From contig CAVSGM010000002.1 in assembly GCA_963727485.1 (NCBI GenBank), forward strand, positions 384,001 to 448,000: a stretch of 64,000 nt of DNA, written 5' to 3'. Source of the stretch: an uncultured delta proteobacterium. GTDB taxonomy: Bacteria; Myxococcota; Myxococcia; SLRQ01. This document shows positions 56,679 through 64,000 of the stretch, in pieces (position 1 is the first letter of the stretch; the number at the start of each line of letters is the position of its first letter). The notes beneath the pieces were generated by a model. That model ran no database searches and had not been told where the DNA came from. It saw nothing but the letters and a program-made list of their open reading frames with translations. The position numbers and the translations under genes were made by a program.

Positions 56679-56753
56679 GGGAGGCAATCTTGACACAAAC
56701 GCAGCCGGTGTCGTACCTCCCTTCGGGGCGCATCCACTGCCCTGGGAGACCCA

Positions 56754-56960
56754 ATGGCCGGCACCGACAAGCGAAAGCAGAGCCTTTACTTCCCCGAGGA
56801 CATGCTCAAGGAGATCCAGGAGGAGGCGGCCCGGCAGGACAGGTCCCTCTCGTGGGTCGTCCAGCAGGCGTGGCGCCTCGCCCGTGGCGAGATCACGAAG
56901 TTCCCCTCGGTGAACGACGTCATCGGCGGCAGCGACGACATCCGCGGCCGGGACGAGTAG
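56754..56960 (+). CDS. TIGR04563-like small protein (ribbon-helix-helix-like)
   Basis: DKRKQSLYFPEDMLKEIQEEAARQDRSLSWVVQQAWRLAR; GGAG SD; TTGACA at 56690. Confidence 0.85.
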   Translation: MAGTDKRKQSLYFPEDMLKEIQEEAARQDRSLSWVVQQAWRLARGEITKFPSVNDVIGGSDDIRGRDE

Positions 56961-57011
56961 ACGCCCCGGCCGCACCGGCCTCCGGGCCGGCCCCCCGCCG
57001 ACGCCCCGGGA

Positions 57012-57863
57012 TCACTGGCAGTTGACCAGCTTGATCCGGTCGCCGACCTTCGGCGCCACGTAGGGCTGCGCGGCGGACGACTTCAGCTTCAGGTAGTCCT
57101 CGGCCACCTGCCAGCTGAACTCCCCCAGGCTGCTCTGGCCGATGAGCCCGGCGAGGGTGGCGTAGTCGTCGTTGCCCTGGGGCTGGATGAGGAAGTCGTT
57201 GGTGGCCAGGCGGTAGGGGGTCGTGGTGTCGGTGCGGGAGACGGCGTTCCCGCCGAGCATCACGTCCGAGACCCGGCTGCCCGCCTGGGTGATCTGGCCG
57301 CCGGAGACCTGCTGGGCGGTCTGGCTGCAGTCCACGGTGAACGAGAGCCCGGCGGAGACCTGGAGGAAGAAGCCCCGGGCCGGATCCTTGGGGTCCTTGA
57401 GGGCCGACACCGAGTGCTCGAGGACCTGGTAGAGCTGCTGTCCGTCGAGCTCGACCACCACCACCCGGTTGGTGAAGGGGTAGACCTCCCGGAGATCGAC
57501 CCGGCGGATGGGCGGCGGGTTGTCCTTGGCCCCGGGGAGGCTCGAGACGCTGCTGCAGAAGCCCTCGTCGCGGATGCCCCCGGCGTTCTCGAAGGCGGCG
57601 TCCACCGGCGGCACCCCGGCCCGGTAGCTGGGGTTCGCCGGGTCGTTGAAGGCGTCGGCGTCGGCGTCGGCGATGAGGTCGCCGAACGCCGTCTCCCGGG
57701 TGCGGACGTCCTCGCGCTTCACGGTCATCGGCTGGGCGAGGTAGCCGATGATCTGCTCGGGATCGACGAGGTCGGCCGGGGCCGAGCAGTCCTGGTTGTA
57801 GGCGAGGCAGCCCCCGAGGAGGACCGCCGCGGTGCCGAGACCGAGGAGGAGCGCGCGTTGCAT
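57012..57863 (-). CDS. Lipoprotein containing only the 5'-nucleotidase C-terminal domain
   Basis: LLGGC lipobox; VRTRETAFGDLIADA, NAGGIR, PFTN, FLQVS, YRLATNDF. No metallophosphoesterase motifs. Confidence 0.8.
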   Translation of the reverse strand: MQRALLLGLGTAAVLLGGCLAYNQDCSAPADLVDPEQIIGYLAQPMTVKREDVRTRETAFGDLIADADADAFNDPANPSYRAGVPPVDAAFENAGGIRDEGFCSSVSSLPGAKDNPPPIRRVDLREVYPFTNRVVVVELDGQQLYQVLEHSVSALKDPKDPARGFFLQVSAGLSFTVDCSQTAQQVSGGQITQAGSRVSDVMLGGNAVSRTDTTTPYRLATNDFLIQPQGNDDYATLAGLIGQSSLGEFSWQVAEDYLKLKSSAAQPYVAPKVGDRIKLVNCQ

Positions 57864-57871
57864 GGCTGGCC

Positions 57872-60391
57872 TCACCACCGGGCCCTCGCGGTGAACCGGG
57901 CGGAGAGGCCCGGCCCCGGGAGCAACCCGGTGATCCGGTCCGGCCGGGGCACGGCGTCGAGGTAGGTGCTGTCGAGGAGGTTTTCCAGGGTGAGGGCGAA
58001 GGTGAAGTGCCGGGCCACCGGCCGGGTGATGAGGGTGGCGTCGAGGAGGGCGTAGGCGGGGATGGAGAAGCGCCGGAGGGCCTCGAGCTGGCTGCGGGCG
58101 TCGTTGCGCCGCTCGGCGCCGAAGGTGGCCCCGAGGTGGAGATCGAACATGCCCGAGAGGGCGAGCTGGGCCTCGAGGATGAACCGGAGCTGGGGCACGT
58201 CGGTGAGCAGGTCCTTCCCCGGGGGCGCCTGGGTGTCGAGGCCCCGGAACCAGGCCATGGCCGCGGAGATCCGGTCCCGGGGCGAGAGGTCGATTCGCCC
58301 CTTGCCCTCGACGCCGAAGACCCGGGTCTCGGCCCGGTTGGTCAGGGGCGTGACGTTCCCGGTGAGGTCGATGGCCTCGATCCGCCCCTGGAACTGGTTG
58401 AAGAAGCCGTTGACCTCGAGGTGAACGCGGTGGTGCTCGAAGCCGTCGAAGGTGTGCTCGGCGGCGACCTCGACGGTGCGGGTGTGGACCGGCTGGAGCG
58501 TCGAGCTCCCCACGAAGCGCCCCCGGGAGTACCCGCCCTGGACCACCACGCTGGTCAGCTCCTCGAAGGTGGGCACCCGGAAGGCGGTGCCGTAGAGGAC
58601 CTTGAGGCTCCAGGCGCTGGTGGGCTGCCACACCAGGGCCAGGCGGGGGTCGAGGGCGAAGGCGGTGCCCGCGGTGCCCACCTTGGCCGCCGGGTCGTCG
58701 CGCCCCACCCCGCCGGAGAAGAGGTCGCCCCGGAGGCCGGCGGTGAGCTCGAGGCCCGGGACCAGGACCCAGGCGTCCTGGAGGAAGACGCCGAGGGCGA
58801 GGCGCTGGGTGAGGCCCGGGTCGTCCGCCGGGAACACGACCCCGGCGGGGACGGTGGTCTTCGCCAGGGGATCCCCGGTGGACGGGTCGAAGTTGACCCC
58901 GTAGCTGAAGAAGTTCAGGGCCTGCACCGAGAGCTCGGCGCCAGTGGTGAGGCGGTTGCCGGCGAAGAGGGGGAAGCGCCCGAGGACGCTGCCGCCGACC
59001 TGCCGGGTGCCGGTGCGGGTGCGCTCCAGGACGCCCTGGGGGAAGGCCTGGCCCGCGGCGGTGGTGAAGGGCGCCGGGGAGAGCTGGAAGAGGCGGTCGG
59101 TGCGCTGGTAGTCGCCGGAGAGGCGGAAGACGACCTCGCCGGAGCCCGCCGGGAGGGTGTAGGCCACATCGCCCAGGCCCATCAGCCAGGTGAGGTGCGA
59201 GGCCGGGCCCAGGGTGTCGAAGGCGCCGATGAGCGCCGCCCGATCCTGCCAGAACCCCCGGAGCGACCAGGTGAGCAGCCCCGGGCCCACCGGGTGCCGG
59301 CCCCGGAGGCCCGCGTCGGCGAGGAGGTGGCGGTCGTCGGTGCGCCCGATGGGGGCGGTGTTGGTGGCGTGGTAGGCGTCGTGGAGGACCGGCTGGCTGT
59401 ACCCCTGGCCCCCCTGGACGTCGGCGTCGGCGCGGATGAGGCCGCCGCGGCCCACCCGGACGCCCCACCCCAGGTGGCCGCCGTCCACCCCGAAGGTGTC
59501 GAGGTCCTCGGCGAGCTGGACCCCGAGCCGGGACGAGGGGATGACGTTGATCACCGCCAGGAAGGCGCCGCCGCCGTAGAGGGCCGCGCCGGGGCCGCGG
59601 ATGATCTCGACCCGGGCGAGGTTCTCGACGGGGAGCTCGTAGAGGTTCCGGCCGTCGTAGAGGTTGGAGAGGCGGTGGCCGTCGTAGAGGAGCAGGACCT
59701 CCGGGTCGCTGCGGATGCCCCGGACCGCCAGGCGCCAGAAGCCCTGGACGTCCCGGGAGGTCTCGAGGCCGGGGATGGTCTTGAGGACGTCGACCAGGGT
59801 CCGGGCGCCCATCTCCTGCATCTGGCGCCCGGTGATCACCGAGACCACCGCCGGCGCCCGGTCCACGGACTGGGAGGTCAGGGTCGCGAGGCGGGTGGCG
59901 GCGACCGGGGCGAAGGTGGGGACCGGGATCGCCGCCCGGGTCGCCGCGGCGCCCGCCTTGGCCTTCGGCGGCGCCCTGGAGGCCCTCGGGGGCCGGGCCC
60001 GGGCGAGGTTCCCGGTGACCACCCGCACCCGCTGGGGCTGGGTCCGGGAGGCGAAGATCGCCTGGGCCGGGCCGTCGTCGTGGATCCAGACGACGTAGTA
60101 CTCCACCGCCGGCGGGCGGACCTGGGCGGCGGGGATCACCGCCTGGTAGGTGTCCCCGTAGACCGGCTTCACGGGGACCGCGCGCCAGACGGGATCGCCC
60201 GGGTGGCGGTAGCGGACCTCCACCCGGTCCCCGGGGCCGGCGCCCACGAGGCTGCCCCCGAGGACGAGATCGGCGTCGGCGTGCTGCACGTCCGGCGGAG
60301 TGTGGAGAAACGCCACCCAACCCTGGGCGAGGACCGGACTCCCCAGCCAGGCCGTGACCGCGACCGCCATGGCGAGGAAGCGTACGCGCAT
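57872..60391 (-). CDS. TonB-dependent receptor with N-terminal Ig-like extension
   Basis: Signal peptide; plug motifs APAVVSVIT, LARVEIIRGPGAALYG; barrel motifs LYGTAFRVP, LENLLD; terminal W. Confidence 0.9.
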   Translation of the reverse strand: MRVRFLAMAVAVTAWLGSPVLAQGWVAFLHTPPDVQHADADLVLGGSLVGAGPGDRVEVRYRHPGDPVWRAVPVKPVYGDTYQAVIPAAQVRPPAVEYYVVWIHDDGPAQAIFASRTQPQRVRVVTGNLARARPPRASRAPPKAKAGAAATRAAIPVPTFAPVAATRLATLTSQSVDRAPAVVSVITGRQMQEMGARTLVDVLKTIPGLETSRDVQGFWRLAVRGIRSDPEVLLLYDGHRLSNLYDGRNLYELPVENLARVEIIRGPGAALYGGGAFLAVINVIPSSRLGVQLAEDLDTFGVDGGHLGWGVRVGRGGLIRADADVQGGQGYSQPVLHDAYHATNTAPIGRTDDRHLLADAGLRGRHPVGPGLLTWSLRGFWQDRAALIGAFDTLGPASHLTWLMGLGDVAYTLPAGSGEVVFRLSGDYQRTDRLFQLSPAPFTTAAGQAFPQGVLERTRTGTRQVGGSVLGRFPLFAGNRLTTGAELSVQALNFFSYGVNFDPSTGDPLAKTTVPAGVVFPADDPGLTQRLALGVFLQDAWVLVPGLELTAGLRGDLFSGGVGRDDPAAKVGTAGTAFALDPRLALVWQPTSAWSLKVLYGTAFRVPTFEELTSVVVQGGYSRGRFVGSSTLQPVHTRTVEVAAEHTFDGFEHHRVHLEVNGFFNQFQGRIEAIDLTGNVTPLTNRAETRVFGVEGKGRIDLSPRDRISAAMAWFRGLDTQAPPGKDLLTDVPQLRFILEAQLALSGMFDLHLGATFGAERRNDARSQLEALRRFSIPAYALLDATLITRPVARHFTFALTLENLLDSTYLDAVPRPDRITGLLPGPGLSARFTARARW

Positions 60392-60466
60392 CGCTGGGCG
60401 ATGTTCCCCGGGCGTGGGGCAGCGTGTCAACTCGGGCGCGTACGGGGCGGCCCCCCGGGGCGGGCT

Positions 60467-60496
60467 TTGACGCCAGGCGCCCGACCCGGGTACAAA
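60467..60496 (+). promoter_or_regulatory. Possible sigma70-like promoter; a divergent TTGACA lies at 60425-60430 on the minus strand
   Basis: TTGACG-N18-TACAAA in an AT-rich patch upstream of TTG 60528. Confidence 0.4.
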
Positions 60497-60527
60497 ATTT
60501 CCAGGCACCCGTCCCCCGGAGACCGCG

Positions 60528-63500
60528 TTGACCGACCCCCAGGCCCGGCTCGACGAGCTGGCGCAACAGGTCGCCGCCGACCCCGGCGGCCCCCGATATC
60601 CGGCGCTCGCAGATGCGCTCATCGGCCTCGGTCGCTACGACGAGGCGGTGGGGGTGTGTCAGCTCGGCCTCGCCAACACGCCCCGGGACGACGGGTACCG
60701 GAGCCTCGCCGAGGCCCTGCTCCTCTTGAACCGGGCCGACGAGGCCTTCGACGCCGTGGAGCAGGCCCTGGCCGGGGCCCACGAGGACCCGCGCTCCCTG
60801 CGCCTCCTCGGGGCCTGCCACCTGGCCATGGGGCGGCCCGATCTCGCCCAGCCGGTCCTCGAGCGATTGGCGCGCCTCGATCCCTCGGACATGGTCACCC
60901 TCGACCTGCTCACCCGGACGGCGATCCAGGCGTCCGGGGCCGGCGCCCTCGCCCCGGAGGCGGCCGGTGCGGCGCCGCCCGCCGACGCCGCGGCCCCCTG
61001 GGACCCCGGCGACGGGGACCAGGCCTGGAGCTTCCAGGGGACCGACGTCCTGGTCGACGGCTCCGAGGCCGCCCCCGGGGAGCTCTCCCTCGACCTCGGC
61101 GGGCCCCCGACCGCGGGCGCCCAGGATCCCGGCGGCGCCGACGACCTCGAGCCCCTCGAGCTCGATCTCGGCGGGGCGCCCGAGGCCGGTGTCCCCGGCG
61201 CGGACCCGCCCGGCGACCCGTTCCTCGGCTTCGGCCAGGGCCCCGACCTGGGCGGCCCGGCCCCGGGCTTCGATCCGGCCCCAGGGCCACCGTCGGCGTC
61301 CCGTCCCGCCGCGCCGTCGGCGTCCCGTCCCGCCGCGCCGTCGTCCTGGCCGGCCCCGCCGCAGGCCCCTCCCGCCGCGCCGTCCTCCCGTCCGGTCCCG
61401 CCCTCTGCCCGTCCGGTCCCGACGGGCCCCCGCCCCCCGGCCCCGACGCCGGTCGATGCCGCCCGGAAGCGCCAGCTCCTCATCGCCGGCGCCGCCGGCG
61501 CCGGCGTCCTGCTCCTGGTCATCGCCGGCTTCGCCATCCGCGGCGCCCTCCACCACCGGCACCTCTCGGCGGCCCTGGCCACGGCCACCGCCGCCTACCA
61601 GCACCACGACTACGCCGGCTACCGGAACGCCCAGCACGCCCTGAACCGGGCCCTGGCCCTCGACCCCATGAACCCGAAGGCCCTGGGCCTCGACGCCTTC
61701 GTCTCCGCCCGGCTCTTCGCCGACTTCGCCGGGGGGACCGAGGACCTGGTCCGGGCCCAGGAGCGCCTCACCGACGCCGAGCGCCTGCCCCAGGAGCCCC
61801 CCAGGGCCCTCGCCGCCCGGGCCCTCCTCGACCTCCACGCCGGGCGCCCCGGGGACGTGGTCCTCGCCACCGGCAAGGGCCTCGCCCACGACCCCGGGAG
61901 CCTCGAGCTCCAGTGGATCCAGGCCCGGGCCGAGTACGAGCTCGAGCGCCCGGACCTGGCCCTCTCGAGCCTCGCCGCCCTCGCCAAGGGCGGCTTCCTC
62001 CCGGCGGCGACGAGCCTCGCCGCCCTCCAGGTGCGCCGGCACCACCCGGGCAAGGCCGCCGCCACCCTCGCCGCGGTCCTCGACACCCACCCGGCCTACG
62101 TCCCCGCCCTCACCGCCTACCTCGCCGCCGCCGTCTCCGGCCACGCCAAGGCCGACGCCGCCCTCGCCGCCGTGGAGAAGCTCGGCGGCAAGCTCGCCCA
62201 GGTGGCCTCCCCGGACGAGCAGTGCCGCATCCACCTCGCCCAGGCCCGCCTCGCGGTGCGCGCCGGCCGCCCCGCCGACGCCGCCGCCGCCGAGGACGCC
62301 GCCCGGTCGGTGGAGGCCGCCCCCGACTGCCTCGCCGACCTCGGCCGGGAGCTCGCCTGGCGCGGACGTCCCCGGGCCGCCGCCGAGGTCCTGGCCACCG
62401 CCGCCGACGCCCTCGACGCCGACGCCCCCGAGCGCGCCGCCCGCCTCCGCCTCGCCGCCGTCGCCGCGGCCCTCGACGCCGGCCAGTCGGCCCGGGCCCA
62501 GGAGATCCTCGCCAAGGCGCCCCCCGACGCCGACGCCAAGGTCCTCACCGCCCGGGCCCAGCTCGCCGACGGCCACGCCGACCTCGCCGCCCGGACCCTG
62601 GCCCCCCTGCTCCGCCACCGGCGCCCGCCCCTCGCCGCCCTCGCCGTGGGCACCGACGTGGCCCTGGCCCGGGGCGACGCCGCCACCGCGCGCCGGGACG
62701 CCGCTCGGGCCCGGCGCCTCGCCCGCCGCGACCGCGCCGACGGCGCCCGGGCCCTCCTCGCCGTGGGCCAGGCCCGGTCCGCCGCCGCCCTCGCCTCCCG
62801 GGCCCTCGCCCGCGACCGGGCTCCCGGCTACGGCCTCCTCACCCTCGCCGGCCGGGCCGAGGTCGCCGCCGGGCACCTCGACCGGGGCCTCGGCGACCTC
62901 GAGCGGGCCCTGACCATGAACCCGGCGGCGCCGGGGGCGGTGGACGCCTACCTCGCCCTGGCGCCCCCGGACCGGGCCCGGACCTTCCTGGGCAAGCTCC
63001 CGGCCCCCGACGGCCCGGCCCTGGCGGCCCTCGCCGACCTCGACGCCGGGGACGCCGCCGCCGCCAAGGCCGACCTCCAGGGTGCCAAGGGCGCCGACAC
63101 GCCTCGGGTGGCGGTGGCCCGGGCACGCCTCGACGCCGCCCACGGCGAGGCGGGGGTCCTGGGACGCCTGGAGAAGCTCAAGGACGCCCACCCGGCGGAT
63201 CTCGACGCCCTCGTCGCCTTCGCCGACGCCGCCCTCGCCGGGGGCCGGATTGGCGACGCCGCCGACGCCTACCAGAAGGCCCTCCACCGGGACCCGGGCC
63301 TCATCCGCCCCCGGGTGGGCCTGGCGGTGGCCCAGGTCCTCGGCGCCGCCTCCGACGCCGGCGCCGCCGCGAGCGCCACCCGGGACGCCGAGACCTGGGT
63401 GGGCCGTCACGGGGTCTCGGGCCCCCTGGCCGGCCGGGTCCACGCCGCCCGGGCCCTGGCCTGCGCCACCATCTCCGACGGCCGCTGCACCCGCCGGGCC

Positions 63501-63782
63501 CTCGCCGAGGCCACCCGGGCCGCCCCCCACGACGCCCGGACCCTGCTCCTCGCCGGGCGGGCCCTCGAGCAGCTCGGGGACTACCGTGCGGCCCGCGCCC
63601 GCTACCAGGCGGCCTCGACCCTCCCCGGCGGCACCGAGGGCCTCCTCGACCTCGGGCGCCTCGCCGCCGCCGGCCACGCCCCGACCGCCGGCGCGGTGGC
63701 GGCCCTCAAGCAGTTCCTCGAGTCGGACCCGGAGGGCGCCCGGGCCGGCGAGGCGAGGCAGGCCCTCGCCAAGCTGCACTGA
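60528..63782 (+). CDS. Large membrane-anchored tetratricopeptide repeat protein
   Basis: N-terminal TPRs (YPALADALIGLGRYDEA), acidic/Pro-rich linker, one TM (LLIAGAAGAGVLLLVIAGFAI), many C-terminal TPR-like helices. Confidence 0.8.
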   Translation: MTDPQARLDELAQQVAADPGGPRYPALADALIGLGRYDEAVGVCQLGLANTPRDDGYRSLAEALLLLNRADEAFDAVEQALAGAHEDPRSLRLLGACHLAMGRPDLAQPVLERLARLDPSDMVTLDLLTRTAIQASGAGALAPEAAGAAPPADAAAPWDPGDGDQAWSFQGTDVLVDGSEAAPGELSLDLGGPPTAGAQDPGGADDLEPLELDLGGAPEAGVPGADPPGDPFLGFGQGPDLGGPAPGFDPAPGPPSASRPAAPSASRPAAPSSWPAPPQAPPAAPSSRPVPPSARPVPTGPRPPAPTPVDAARKRQLLIAGAAGAGVLLLVIAGFAIRGALHHRHLSAALATATAAYQHHDYAGYRNAQHALNRALALDPMNPKALGLDAFVSARLFADFAGGTEDLVRAQERLTDAERLPQEPPRALAARALLDLHAGRPGDVVLATGKGLAHDPGSLELQWIQARAEYELERPDLALSSLAALAKGGFLPAATSLAALQVRRHHPGKAAATLAAVLDTHPAYVPALTAYLAAAVSGHAKADAALAAVEKLGGKLAQVASPDEQCRIHLAQARLAVRAGRPADAAAAEDAARSVEAAPDCLADLGRELAWRGRPRAAAEVLATAADALDADAPERAARLRLAAVAAALDAGQSARAQEILAKAPPDADAKVLTARAQLADGHADLAARTLAPLLRHRRPPLAALAVGTDVALARGDAATARRDAARARRLARRDRADGARALLAVGQARSAAALASRALARDRAPGYGLLTLAGRAEVAAGHLDRGLGDLERALTMNPAAPGAVDAYLALAPPDRARTFLGKLPAPDGPALAALADLDAGDAAAAKADLQGAKGADTPRVAVARARLDAAHGEAGVLGRLEKLKDAHPADLDALVAFADAALAGGRIGDAADAYQKALHRDPGLIRPRVGLAVAQVLGAASDAGAAASATRDAETWVGRHGVSGPLAGRVHAARALACATISDGRCTRRALAEATRAAPHDARTLLLAGRALEQLGDYRAARARYQAASTLPGGTEGLLDLGRLAAAGHAPTAGAVAALKQFLESDPEGARAGEARQALAKLH

Positions 63783-63815
63783 AGCGCTCGAAGTTCGGAC
63801 GTCGCAGTTCCACAG

Positions 63816-64000
63816 ATGGGAAGTCGCAGGACACCGGGCAGGCCCCGGCGCCCCTCCCCGAGGAGCGGTCGCCGGGAGCTGGTCACCCTCCACCGGGCCA
63901 TCTGGCGCCGCCAGCGCCAGGAGATCAACGCCGCGGTGGCCGGCCAGACCTCGAGCTTCCGCAGCTACGAGATCACCTACCAGCGGGAGGTGCGCACCTA
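63816..64000 (+). CDS. Partial hypothetical protein running off the window end
   Basis: Open frame from ATG 63816 with GC3-rich codons (ELVTLHRAIWRRQRQEINAAV..). Confidence 0.35.
   Translation, partial: MGSRRTPGRPRRPSPRSGRRELVTLHRAIWRRQRQEINAAVAGQTSSFRSYEITYQREVRT

Noticed and set aside
57012..63893. 2293-aa minus-strand ORF
   Set aside because: Mostly the antisense shadow of the TPR gene plus an off-frame read of the TonB receptor; only the last 283 aa are a credible protein.

Overview
A very GC-rich window whose gene content (TIGR04563-like small proteins, a PilA-like domain, Cys-rich lipoproteins, tilS-ftsH-folP-cdaA-cdaR-glmM) points to a Myxococcota/deltaproteobacterial genome. Many single-base frameshifts, including one in ftsH, suggest an unpolished long-read assembly, so several genes were rebuilt by joining frames. 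The right half (about 34-64 kb) is mostly housekeeping and envelope genes. The left half is accessory. It holds a Pfa/Hgl-like iterative PKS locus (ER-ER-KS-AT-ACP-KR and KS-AT-DH-PPTase) whose co-oriented downstream block (free ACP, two alpha/beta hydrolases, a GT1 glycosyltransferase and a membrane-fused methyltransferase) lies about 12 kb away. Between them are a methyltransferase and a four-gene radical SAM module: a B12-dependent rSAM, a tandem double rSAM, a split-motif rSAM and a DUF483-like protein. Three of these four carry Gfo/Idh/MocA-like domains, and I see no precursor peptide. This module is the best candidate for an undescribed system. Next to it is a multicopper oxidase gene in which about 850 nt show G-specific substitution and deletion on the coding strand before an abrupt truncation; this is either strand-specific hypermutation or a base-calling artefact. 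No rRNA, tRNA, CRISPR array, transposase or integrase was recognised. All family assignments come from motif recognition by eye, not from database searches.
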